A stretch of 64,000 nucleotides of DNA from a virus. A model generated the notes under the pieces. It was given only the letters and a program-made list of their open reading frames with translations, was not told the origin of the DNA and did no database searches. How positions within the stretch are numbered: position 1 is the first letter of the stretch; each line of letters begins with the position of its first letter. The stretch spans positions 1-64,000 of the IMG/VR virus record IMGVR_UViG_3300044729_002678. The stretch is one strand, 5' to 3'. Positions 18,347 to 27,531 of this stretch are shown here, piece after piece. The position numbers and the translations under genes are program-made.

Positions 18347-20833
18347 AAATTGTGATGCTTTTTGTAAGTTTTCATTGGGTAAATCCCACTTCATAGCGTT
18401 GTAAAAATCATCTATTTTGTTTTGAAGCGAACCCTCCCAAATAGCATCTAAGTCTGCATGGTCGTTGATAATCTTCTCAATCTCCGGCGGGTCATTCCAT
18501 CCCGTGAAACCAATAGAGTCTAACCCCCATTGATTTTGCTTTAAGTAAACCCATTTAATTTTATCACCGTCTTTCATAGGTTCATATTTGTAAGGGCACT
18601 TAAAGTATTTCAATAGTTGATTATATATAATAGCCGATTTAACATGCGCAGGTGTTCCTTTAGGTGATTTACCCAACGATAATTTACCATTATCGTATTT
18701 ACTCAACTCTTTTACGGCTGAATTCTTTGCTACATCTTTTTTGGGTTGCGTTTCCATATCCCTCTTAAAATCCAATATCTTTTTATCAATATCCGATTTA
18801 TTTACCCCCTTCAATATATCCGAAAGTACCTGTTCCATTACACCCTTAAAATATGTTGGAAAATCAGAGCGTTTAACATCTAACCCCTTCGCATCTATTT
18901 TATCACAGGGGACGGTATTATCATTAATAATCCATTGAGCGTATCTCTTTTTAGCAACCCAAAAACCTGCTTTCGCAATAGTTTCTTGTTTAATATCAAA
19001 TCGGTGTTTATCAATATTAAACAATCTCTTCGCCATTACATCATAGGTTTTATTGATATGTTCTTGTACCTCTTTTGCAACGGATAAAATTGCGGGCACC
19101 ATTTCTTCATCCGATTCTACATTTATGTTTGGATTTCGGTGTTTGACAAGTGGCAAGGCTGAAAAATAGACAGAATCAGTATCAGTATAAATGTTGTAAT
19201 CACCACTACTTCCTATTTGGGATATGTAATATTGATTGGCAATTTTTTCAGTAGTTTTAATTACCGTCTGCCCAGTAATTGTAACCGCTTCTGCGTTTTG
19301 AACATCATAAAATCTGAACGATGGTAAACCCAATACACCATAGAGTGAATTCAACATAATCTTTTGAACAAGTTGGCGTTGGGAATAAAACTTATACAAT
19401 TCTTTGTTTCCCTCCTTACCATACTTTTTCATCAAATCTTTGTATTCAACCCTCTTATCAAACCACACATTAAGAATTTCAGGTATTACACCAACAGATT
19501 CATTTGAGTATATAATTCCATTGGATGAAATAGAATACCCATTTGTTTGTATTAGTTTGTTTAGCTCATCTCTATTCATTTCCGGCAAAGCCTGCCCATC
19601 CTCACAAACAATTTTATATGATTTAATATCATCTTTGATATACGCCTCACTAGTAAATCCGGTTATTGAACCAACCTTTGTTTCTGGGCTGATATTTAAA
19701 CTCATAATAATGGACGGGTATAGGGATGTTAAATCCAAATCATACAACCATTGATACAATCCAGGCATCGGTTCTTTCACATACGCACCCTCAAACTTGC
19801 CCTCGCTCTCTCCACCCTCTCTTTTAGGTCTATTTGGTGCTACCCTACCACTCCTTCTTAAAAAGGTTAATATAGCCCCTTCTAACCACTTAGATGAAAA
19901 AAGAAAATCCTCATAAGGAACATGCCCAGAATGGCATATCGCCCTTGCCAAATCAATGAATTGTAGTTTTGAATCTAAATCTACAACCAATTTAACATCC
20001 TCAATATTGTATTCAATAAATCGTTCTAAATCATCTCGCATCAATTGGTCCAAATTACCACTATAAGTAACTTTACCCCTACCCAACTCTAATTTAGAAA
20101 TAGTATCCAATCTATAATTTGGAAACTCCTGATAAGTGTAGGTTTTATATAACGCTAAATAATCTAAACAGGAAACACCTGCAATTACATATCTTTCTCT
20201 ATTCTTTAAGTAATCAACTTTACCAATAGGTGATATTGAATTTGCAATCTTTTGACCCAATACCTTTTTTGCCCTATTGTAAAAATAAGGTATATCAAAG
20301 AAATCAATATTCCAACCCGTTACAATTGTTGGGTTTATTTCCTGCCATTTTTGGATAAATGCCCACAACAAATCCCTTTCATTGTTAAAGATGTTTACCT
20401 CTGCGCCAGATATGGTTTTAGATGAACTACTCCCACCCAATACATACACAAAGTAATCACCCGTAGCAAAATCATGCGCTGCGATAGATGTTATAGTATT
20501 ATCCGCCATTTGAACATTCGGCAGGCCGGTGTTCATTTCAACCTCAATATCAAAAGTTAATACTACATTGCCCTCTGAAACATCATCGGATGAACCATAC
20601 TCATCAATTAAAATTCGGGTATAATCGTTTACATCGGATTCATATAACTCTAATTTAGTATCTTTTTCCCAATAAGTAATCTTCTTTAATCGTTGGCCAT
20701 GTATAGAAAAATAAGAGCCATTTCCATCAGGTGTGTAGGCGTATCTACTATGCTTTTTAACATAATGCCCCTTAACATCATCCCAAAAGTGAACAACATT
20801 TTCTTCTTTATCATAGTATATGTTTTTATACAT
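18335..20833 (-). CDS. Family B DNA polymerase (T4 gp43-like)
   Basis: Exonuclease motifs DIEV, GWNIDFFD, YNIED; polymerase motifs DLTSLYPS, KIMLNSLYG, YTDTDS, KKRY; C-terminal clamp-binding-like QFFGF. Confidence 0.97.
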   Translation of the reverse strand: MYKNIYYDKEENVVHFWDDVKGHYVKKHSRYAYTPDGNGSYFSIHGQRLKKITYWEKDTKLELYESDVNDYTRILIDEYGSSDDVSEGNVVLTFDIEVEMNTGLPNVQMADNTITSIAAHDFATGDYFVYVLGGSSSSKTISGAEVNIFNNERDLLWAFIQKWQEINPTIVTGWNIDFFDIPYFYNRAKKVLGQKIANSISPIGKVDYLKNRERYVIAGVSCLDYLALYKTYTYQEFPNYRLDTISKLELGRGKVTYSGNLDQLMRDDLERFIEYNIEDVKLVVDLDSKLQFIDLARAICHSGHVPYEDFLFSSKWLEGAILTFLRRSGRVAPNRPKREGGESEGKFEGAYVKEPMPGLYQWLYDLDLTSLYPSIIMSLNISPETKVGSITGFTSEAYIKDDIKSYKIVCEDGQALPEMNRDELNKLIQTNGYSISSNGIIYSNESVGVIPEILNVWFDKRVEYKDLMKKYGKEGNKELYKFYSQRQLVQKIMLNSLYGVLGLPSFRFYDVQNAEAVTITGQTVIKTTEKIANQYYISQIGSSGDYNIYTDTDSVYFSALPLVKHRNPNINVESDEEMVPAILSVAKEVQEHINKTYDVMAKRLFNIDKHRFDIKQETIAKAGFWVAKKRYAQWIINDNTVPCDKIDAKGLDVKRSDFPTYFKGVMEQVLSDILKGVNKSDIDKKILDFKRDMETQPKKDVAKNSAVKELSKYDNGKLSLGKSPKGTPAHVKSAIIYNQLLKYFKCPYKYEPMKDGDKIKWVYLKQNQWGLDSIGFTGWNDPPEIEKIINDHADLDAIWEGSLQNKIDDFYNAMKWDLPNENLQKASQFFGF

Positions 20834-21951
20834 TATTTAAAATCCTTTCTAGCAATATTAACAAAGTTTTTTTCAATATCCCAACTTTTAAGTTGATGTT
20901 CCCAAAGTAATGATTGTGCTATTGTAGTAACATCAGTTCTAACTATATTATCATCCAATAAATTTATAATCATTTGTATAAACTCATCCTTTGTATTATA
21001 TAATAATGGGTATTGTGTTCCAACCATTTCAGGATAACAAAAATTATTTGGTAGTAAATATGGAACACCACGAGATAAACCATCAGTAACCGACATACTC
21101 CAAGCGGAATATTGTTGAAAAGTTCCCACACCAAAGTGGGCTTTTGATAATTGATTCATGTAAACATCTCTATCAGCATGCCCAATGTATTTGGTATATG
21201 GTTTATCCATTTCTTTTAAAGTAGTCCATACTTCAAAATCTTTTCTACTTTCCCACAATTTATCCATTATCTCAAAAAACCACTCCGAACCTGTATATAC
21301 ACCCCATCTATGATTATATAAAATAGTTTTTGGTACATATCCCCCCGATGGAGTTGCTGAATCACAACCTAAATACCAAGGTTGAATTATATCTTTTAGT
21401 TTTTCTATAATATGGGGTTGAAATGTTTCTGATGCTCGTTTTATAACCAAATCTTTTACCCATTGTGAGTTTACACCACAAACTTTCATTTGAAGCATAC
21501 CCCGTATATTTCTCCAAAATGAATTAACATCCCTTGCACCATTATCATCTATTTCCCACCAATGACAATAACCAATGATGGGTTGAAGTTTATTGTAAAT
21601 ACGGGTTATCATATATTCATTTGTCCATTCAGGCAAATGCGACCATATTAAATTAAACTCACCATCATATTTATCAATTAATTTATTAAAAAATTTATGT
21701 GGATAATCTACCCTCATTTTTGGTGGAAAGCAATCCAATCCATCCATTTTAACCAACTGAACATTCGGGTATTCAAATCCATTTATAATGCCTGGATGAT
21801 TATTTAGGTCGGGATATGGTAGAATCCATTCCCACTCTTTTCCAATTTGGGTATTATCTAAAAATGACTTAAACACCAATAGGAACGAATCCCTATTGAT
21901 GTCTTTTGCCATCCCAAAGTTTGTATAGTTTGGTATTACTAATACTCTCAT
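20833..21951 (-). CDS. GT-B glycosyltransferase, candidate DNA-modifying enzyme
   Basis: ILYNHRWGVYTG and WSMSVTDGLSRGVPYL..YPEM are GT-B-like; the stop overlaps the PolB start (TAATG). Confidence 0.6.
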   Translation of the reverse strand: MRVLVIPNYTNFGMAKDINRDSFLLVFKSFLDNTQIGKEWEWILPYPDLNNHPGIINGFEYPNVQLVKMDGLDCFPPKMRVDYPHKFFNKLIDKYDGEFNLIWSHLPEWTNEYMITRIYNKLQPIIGYCHWWEIDDNGARDVNSFWRNIRGMLQMKVCGVNSQWVKDLVIKRASETFQPHIIEKLKDIIQPWYLGCDSATPSGGYVPKTILYNHRWGVYTGSEWFFEIMDKLWESRKDFEVWTTLKEMDKPYTKYIGHADRDVYMNQLSKAHFGVGTFQQYSAWSMSVTDGLSRGVPYLLPNNFCYPEMVGTQYPLLYNTKDEFIQMIINLLDDNIVRTDVTTIAQSLLWEHQLKSWDIEKNFVNIARKDFK

Positions 21952-21952
21952 A

Positions 21953-23785
21953 TCAATTATTACTATTAAAAATATTCTTCAATGATTCTGCATCCGCCAA
22001 AACACGATACTTGTTATTTCTAACAAAATAGCCCTCATTATTCATCACCAACTTATGGTTATTTTCAGAAAACCACTTCCAATATTCTAAATTGGAAACA
22101 TTGTGATTAACATTATTTTTAGAGCGGTTATGGTATTTTTCCTGAATAATACAATTTTCAATAGTATAACCAATCGTTTGTATTTTCTGTCCCAAATCCA
22201 AACCAGCACTATCTCTATCAGTTGCCCCAAAATCAATGGTAACAATTTGGGGTTCGTTGTAAGATTCGGTTGTAAATTTTATTACTTCGAATTGGGTTTG
22301 TCCTTTTAATAAAGGTTCAATTTCCTGAAGTAAAGTTTTGTAAATACTTTCTTTTGTATCCTTCTTTGGAGAGTTTGATGCGTATGAATCTTTAAGTTTG
22401 TTATAAGTTGGTAGAATCAACTTTTGGAATCGGTTATCCATACTAGCCCCATCATTGAAAAGACTTTCATTTTCAACCACCTCTTTCATTTGTTCAATCA
22501 AAACTTTCACAAAATCAGTAACCAATGTATTGATTTGAGTTTCTGATGTTCTATCACCTATAAGTGGTAAAGATTCTCTCAACTCCATTACAGCATCCAC
22601 ACACGCCATACCAAAATCTTCCTTACGCAATGAAGCATCTTCTAAGTTTTTAGTATCTAATGCGTCGGATTGTAAATTCAATAGTTCTTTTCGTTTGTTT
22701 TCATATGAATCCCAAGCCACATTATCAGCGATTTGGTTCATAATTGTCAACTCCAATTTAGCATCTGCTTCAGTAACATCTTTAGTGTGTAAAGCCATCA
22801 ATTGATTTTTAATATCACACTCAACCGATGAGTAGTAGTATGACCCTCTGTTATCAAAGGTAGTCAACTTTCGTAATCCTAAAAACCTCATAGGTATAAT
22901 TTCACTATATTCAGATACCTTTCGTTTGTAAATAGAGATTGCTGATGAGAAGATAACAATTTTAGAATTACCCACAAATGTGTTCAGAGTATCAATGTGG
23001 TTTCGGATTGCTTCAATATTAAGAGTATTTCTAAAGTAGGAATCTGAATCATCTTTTTGCATCACCATGCCAACAAATGAAAGGAACGCTTTTTGATATT
23101 CAATCCATTTGTTGGAAGTATTATTAAGTCCTAAAATCTCCCGCATATGAGCATATATACTCTCTTTACGAACCTCAATACTTACTTCAAAATCATTAAG
23201 TGTTTTACCAAATGATGGAACATTCTCACAAATCATCTGAATGGAAAGTGTTCGTTCTGATTTTTTAGTACTAGCGCTATTTTGTTGTTCGTTTAATTTT
23301 TCAATGTATTTTTGAACATCAGTTAAAATAGAAACAGTATGTGAAATTGAATAGTCTGCCATCCAATTATTAATTGATTTACATTCTCTAATTAGTTTAT
23401 CAATAACTTGTTTAAAAGTTGTAATTGAAAACTTTGTTGTATAGTGCGAACACACCAAAGTAGTGATGTGTCCCCTATCTTTCATTAGAAAATTTTCTAA
23501 TTTAAAACTTTCATTCACAATCCAAGAAATTGGAAGTTGGTTATACGAAGAAATACCACTACCAATTCGAATTGCGTATTCCAATTTATCTTTTAATACA
23601 GAAGAGATATCAAAGTTGGGGAGACGATTCCAAACAGAGTTAAAGATGTAATATTTAATCTTATCTACTGTTGATAAATCCTCTTTTGGTTTGAAGATTC
23701 CTCTTATTTCAGATATAGTTGTGATAATGACTGTGGATTTTTTATCACTTTCTACAAATCCACGTAACTTGTCAATTAATTTCAT
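21953..23785 (-). CDS. Large hypothetical protein, possibly degenerate DUF262/HNH (GmrSD-like)
   Basis: 610-aa ORF with weak DUF262-like (KDRGHITTL) and HNH-like (LDLGQ..GYTIENCIIQ..HNRSK) segments. Confidence 0.4.
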   Translation of the reverse strand: MKLIDKLRGFVESDKKSTVIITTISEIRGIFKPKEDLSTVDKIKYYIFNSVWNRLPNFDISSVLKDKLEYAIRIGSGISSYNQLPISWIVNESFKLENFLMKDRGHITTLVCSHYTTKFSITTFKQVIDKLIRECKSINNWMADYSISHTVSILTDVQKYIEKLNEQQNSASTKKSERTLSIQMICENVPSFGKTLNDFEVSIEVRKESIYAHMREILGLNNTSNKWIEYQKAFLSFVGMVMQKDDSDSYFRNTLNIEAIRNHIDTLNTFVGNSKIVIFSSAISIYKRKVSEYSEIIPMRFLGLRKLTTFDNRGSYYYSSVECDIKNQLMALHTKDVTEADAKLELTIMNQIADNVAWDSYENKRKELLNLQSDALDTKNLEDASLRKEDFGMACVDAVMELRESLPLIGDRTSETQINTLVTDFVKVLIEQMKEVVENESLFNDGASMDNRFQKLILPTYNKLKDSYASNSPKKDTKESIYKTLLQEIEPLLKGQTQFEVIKFTTESYNEPQIVTIDFGATDRDSAGLDLGQKIQTIGYTIENCIIQEKYHNRSKNNVNHNVSNLEYWKWFSENNHKLVMNNEGYFVRNNKYRVLADAESLKNIFNSNN

Positions 23786-23807
23786 ATTTTTTTAATTTTT
23801 ATTTACA

Positions 23808-23839
23808 CTAATATACAAAAGAATTTTTGATTTTCCAAA
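23808..23839 (-). promoter_or_regulatory. Bacteroidota-type sigma promoter heading the 610-aa/GT/PolB unit
   Basis: TTTG-N20-TATATTAG. Confidence 0.7.
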
Positions 23840-23877
23840 TCTCAATAGAAAAAATTTACTACTCATATTTGAGGACG

Positions 23878-24129
23878 TTATAACCAATAATAACTTTTAC
23901 CTGTTTTTCCAATCTTCCAGTTTGAATACCAGTCCGATGTATCAGAGTTATTACATAATACCATATATTCATCAAATTGTTGTTGTGTTATCTCGTTTTC
24001 TGGTGTTTCTTTATCAATGTAAAAAACTAATTTCGCTTCTTTACCTTCTTCATATTTAGTCACAACAATTAACTTACTACCATTTCTTAATAACTCTTCA
24101 ATATCTTTGTTAGTTTTTGAATTTTTCAT
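23878..24129 (-). CDS. Hypothetical protein
   Basis: ORF preceded by its own consensus promoter. Confidence 0.6.
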   Translation of the reverse strand: MKNSKTNKDIEELLRNGSKLIVVTKYEEGKEAKLVFYIDKETPENEITQQQFDEYMVLCNNSDTSDWYSNWKIGKTGKSYYWL

Positions 24130-24148
24130 AAAAAACGTTTTATAACAG

Positions 24149-24180
24149 CAAATATAAGAAATAAATTTTGAATTTCCAAA
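24149..24180 (-). promoter_or_regulatory. Bacteroidota-type sigma promoter (perfect consensus)
   Basis: TTTG-N20-TATATTTG matches TTTG/TAnnTTTG exactly. Confidence 0.75.
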
Positions 24181-24612
24181 TTATACCATTGGAAATCCAC
24201 TCACAGTATTATTTGTGGTTGAACGGGTTGATACCGAAACTGCTAAAGCATCCATTGATGAACCCATAGGTGCTTTTATTGTTGGCGCCCATCCTTTTGA
24301 ACGATTGCTGTACACAGGTCGGAACGAACCACGAGAAGCGACTGCGGGCGATGGTTGCCCAATAGTATCCCAACCACTTTCCCACTTTTTAAGTTGAGTC
24401 CCTTCCTTAAAAGTAATCGTATCTTCGGTAAATCCGGCCAACATCTTCATCGGAGCCTGGCGAAAGATGTTCTTTCGTTCCTCACGATTTACCTCAATAA
24501 AAAGGACTGAACGGGCCTTTACCCTACAAACCTTTAGGTTCATAGTGTAATCTTTACCATTGACGGGGATTGTCACTGCCACAACCTTACCCTGCAAATT
24601 TTGTAGTTCCAT
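24181..24612 (-). CDS. Hypothetical (probably early) protein
   Basis: ORF visibly more GC-rich than its flanks, directly downstream of the duplicated promoter cassette. Confidence 0.65.
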   Translation of the reverse strand: MELQNLQGKVVAVTIPVNGKDYTMNLKVCRVKARSVLFIEVNREERKNIFRQAPMKMLAGFTEDTITFKEGTQLKKWESGWDTIGQPSPAVASRGSFRPVYSNRSKGWAPTIKAPMGSSMDALAVSVSTRSTTNNTVSGFPMV

Positions 24613-24625
24613 ATTGTTTTTTTAA

Positions 24626-24734
24626 CTTACATAGTAAAGATAAGGATAAAACTTCAAATATCCAAGCTTTTTATGTTAAATTATCGTTAAATTTATCCAC
24701 ATTTTGGGTTAAAACTGTCCAATTTATTGGACAC
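24626..24734 (-). repeat. Duplicated intergenic cassette, copy 1: hairpin + DnaA box + promoter
   Basis: Hairpin TGTCCAA-ttta-TTGGACA at 24716-24733; TTATCCACA at 24693-24701; CTTG-N20-TATCTTTA at 24666-24635. The same blocks recur at 39133-39230. Confidence 0.85.
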
Positions 24735-25529
24735 TTACCAAAAAGTGGCCCCAGTTGGTTCATATGCGGTTTCGTGTCGTTCTATTTGGGGTATAAACTC
24801 CTCAGCATTCTTTGGATAATCCCTTATTTGATGCTTTAATTTTGAGTGTAACTCTCTTTTTTCTTTTTTGTTTCCCAAAATTTGAACATACCTATGTTTA
24901 TCGGGTTCTTTCCTCCTCCAAAACTCCGTATAACCCTCCTTACCAATCTCCCTCTTTAAATGGTCTAAGTTATTACTACCCCACTTACTAAACACCGTTC
25001 TACTATGTATCCATGTATATGGGTCTTTTGTTAGGGATATTCCGTAGTTGGGCATTAAAGCAATTTCCGATGATACACCTTGGTAAATCCAATTTGTCGC
25101 CTGATATATCTTACCCAAATGCTCTTGCCCACTATCTGCGTATGATATTAGTAGTTTTATTTCCGTATCATTTTCCTTAAACCATTTAAAAGTCTGTCCC
25201 AATGCATAACTTTCAATATTTGAACCATACCCATCATGCACAAACAATCGGGTCAATTCTAATGCATTATCTTTTGATAATCCCTCACAAATTGAAGTTG
25301 CTGCTTTTGCTCCAACAGGAAATCCGTAAATAGCACAACCAATCAGTTTTTCATTATTACCAAAAACATCCCGTTCATCGCCCATATAAAATATACCAAA
25401 AGCGTATCTGCACATTGTCCACGCGTGGGTGTAATGGTAGGTTACTATCATATCCTTTGCTATTGATTTTGCAATAGGTGCCACTCTAACCCTGGTTACA
25501 TCGCAATATTCTTTACCTTCAATTTTCAT
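24735..25529 (-). CDS. Mom-like (GNAT-fold) DNA base-modification protein, paralog B
   Basis: HYTH, LIGCAIYG.P, LELTRL, ESYALG, LISYADSGQEHLGKIYQATNWIYQG, KHRY. Confidence 0.8.
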   Translation of the reverse strand: MKIEGKEYCDVTRVRVAPIAKSIAKDMIVTYHYTHAWTMCRYAFGIFYMGDERDVFGNNEKLIGCAIYGFPVGAKAATSICEGLSKDNALELTRLFVHDGYGSNIESYALGQTFKWFKENDTEIKLLISYADSGQEHLGKIYQATNWIYQGVSSEIALMPNYGISLTKDPYTWIHSRTVFSKWGSNNLDHLKREIGKEGYTEFWRRKEPDKHRYVQILGNKKEKRELHSKLKHQIRDYPKNAEEFIPQIERHETAYEPTGATFW

Positions 25530-26274
25530 TTGGTTCTAATTTGTGTATTTCTTCCAATATAACCTCCCCCACTTTTGGATATGGTTGTAGGGGATGTTTT
25601 ATACTATTCAGTATCTTTTTTCTATTCTTTTTATCCAATATATAAAAATACCTGTGCTTTTTAGGTTCTCTTCGTATCCAAAATGGTTTTGTTATTACTT
25701 TTTGTATTTGTTTTGGGTCATTTGTTCCAAATCGGACAAAAGATGTTCTACTATGAAACCAATCACCATCCTCATCCCACCTAAAACTCCAACTATCAGT
25801 CCACCTTAAATTATTACCTTGATACAACCAATTGGTAGATTGATACACTGTACCTAAATGCCCTTCTTTCGGGTCTGAATACGATATTAAAGCACGAATA
25901 TGTGGTGCGTTTTTTCTCAACCAATCAAATGTTTGTGATACAAACCAACTTTCAATATTACACCCATACCCATCTTCAATCCACAAGCGGGTTAATTCCA
26001 ACACCTCCGTTCTTTGCAAAAGCTCGGATATGGAAGTGCCGGAATTTCTACCCACTGGGTCACCATAACAGGCAACACCCACCAACTTTTCATTAACCCC
26101 ACCGAAAAATTGATGTTCCCCCTCATCTAAATAAAATAATCCAATTGAATAACTAACTTTAGTCCACAAATGACTATAATGGTTTTTTATAATCATCTCC
26201 TTTGCTACGGACTTACTAATCGCCCTTACACAAAATTTGGATGTGTCTGAATAATTTTTACCTTCAATTTTCAT
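25519..26274 (-). CDS. Mom-like (GNAT-fold) DNA base-modification protein, paralog A
   Basis: HYSH, LVGVACYGDP, LELTRL, ESWFVS, LISYSDPKEGHLGTVYQSTNWLYQG, KHRY. Confidence 0.8.
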   Translation of the reverse strand: MKIEGKNYSDTSKFCVRAISKSVAKEMIIKNHYSHLWTKVSYSIGLFYLDEGEHQFFGGVNEKLVGVACYGDPVGRNSGTSISELLQRTEVLELTRLWIEDGYGCNIESWFVSQTFDWLRKNAPHIRALISYSDPKEGHLGTVYQSTNWLYQGNNLRWTDSWSFRWDEDGDWFHSRTSFVRFGTNDPKQIQKVITKPFWIRREPKKHRYFYILDKKNRKKILNSIKHPLQPYPKVGEVILEEIHKLEPNEN

Positions 26275-26849
26275 TTTCTAAGAGATTTATAAAAAATAAT
26301 TTTACGATTTTCACCAGTTGGTTTTACAAACTTTTGAGATAATTCATCTGAATTGTGCCATTTCATTGAAGATGATTTATGGTCAGGTAATCCTGCTGTC
26401 ATACCAACAACCTCCCAATTATCAGCTCTATAAACTGCTCCATTATTACCACCTGCTACAAATGTAATTATATGATTTAATTCATCACCATATTTTTCTT
26501 TCCAAGCCAATGGGGCAATCTTTCTTAATTCTTTTAGTATTTTAGTTCCAGCGTTTTTTATAGATTTAACCATACAAAATCTCCAATTGTTACATACACT
26601 ATTGAAAATATCTTTGTATTCGGATTTACTCAAACCCATTCTATTTAATAAATCTTTTGGTGGTGGATAAACAGACGAACCAATACCTATCATACCAATT
26701 GGTTGAGCTGGAAAACTATCATCCTCATAAATTAACCAATCAATTCTTCTACCAACCGATGCGTTTGATGGGACATATGAATGGTATTTTTCAATTATAT
26801 TTTTTACAATATCCTTTTGAGATTGTGTTTTTACTTCCACCAAAAGCAT
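26271..26849 (-). CDS. DUF4338-family protein (short form)
   Basis: HSY..VGRRIDWLI..IGMIG, NNWRF, W.EKYG..IITFV..GAVYRADNW..GMTAG follows the DUF4338 pattern. Confidence 0.7.
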   Translation of the reverse strand: MLLVEVKTQSQKDIVKNIIEKYHSYVPSNASVGRRIDWLIYEDDSFPAQPIGMIGIGSSVYPPPKDLLNRMGLSKSEYKDIFNSVCNNWRFCMVKSIKNAGTKILKELRKIAPLAWKEKYGDELNHIITFVAGGNNGAVYRADNWEVVGMTAGLPDHKSSSMKWHNSDELSQKFVKPTGENRKIIFYKSLRK

Positions 26850-26854
26850 GATTC

Positions 26855-27055
26855 CTATTTAGCATCATCATAAGGCCAAGTCAGTATATGTTTCCAAGTA
26901 TAACCCCTCACAATTTTACGAATGTTAGCAGTAGAAACACCATTGTTCCTTGCAAGGACTTTGATGTTTCTATGCCCAACACTCCACAACTCACGAATGG
27001 TTTTAACCTGCTCTTCTGTAAGTTTGTGTTTGGGGTGATTTTCGCCTCGTAACAT
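26855..27055 (-). CDS. Stand-alone HTH domain of the type found at the C-terminus of HNH homing endonucleases
   Basis: GENHPKHKLTEEQV..IR..LARNNGVS..NI..I..G.TWKHI. Start taken at MLRGEN (27055), right after the MazG stop. Confidence 0.7.
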   Translation of the reverse strand: MLRGENHPKHKLTEEQVKTIRELWSVGHRNIKVLARNNGVSTANIRKIVRGYTWKHILTWPYDDAK

Positions 27056-27056
27056 A

Positions 27057-27494
27057 TTAAACTTCCGCATCCCCAAAAGGAATTTCCCGTTGTACCCTTT
27101 CCGCTTCCCAATAAGAATGGACAATCTTACCTATATCAGGCTTTTTGTAATTTGGCCCTTTTAAGATTTTACCATCCTCTCTATAAATTGGATTTCCATT
27201 CTCATCCAACTTTGACATATTGGAGCGATGAACTTCATCAAATACATCTTCGATAATATCCGCCATTCCATGTGCAAGAATTGTTCCTAATAAGATATAA
27301 AGTTGGTCTGCAAGTGCATCAGCAATACCCACTGGGTCATCCCCGTCATTTGCTTCTTTATACTCATTTAATTCCTCCAACCCAAGTTTGTATCTTAAAT
27401 TACAAATCTCATCTGTCTGAGCAGTTGGTGATGTTTGATATTTCTGACGATATACATCATGAAATTGTTTTACTTGTTCTATTTGCTTTCTCAT
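27057..27494 (-). CDS. MazG-like / PRA-PH-family NTP pyrophosphohydrolase
   Basis: EELNEY..DALAD.LY..FDEVHRSNMSKL..PIYREDGKILKGPNY. Confidence 0.85.
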   Translation of the reverse strand: MRKQIEQVKQFHDVYRQKYQTSPTAQTDEICNLRYKLGLEELNEYKEANDGDDPVGIADALADQLYILLGTILAHGMADIIEDVFDEVHRSNMSKLDENGNPIYREDGKILKGPNYKKPDIGKIVHSYWEAERVQREIPFGDAEV

Positions 27495-27499
27495 AACTT

Positions 27500-27531
27500 A
27501 CAATATACGAAATAATTTTTAAAGTGTCAAG
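27500..27531 (-). promoter_or_regulatory. Bacteroidota-type promoter heading the MazG-HTH-DUF4338-Mom-Mom operon
   Basis: CTTG-N20-TATATTGT, ending 5 nt before the ATG. Confidence 0.6.
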
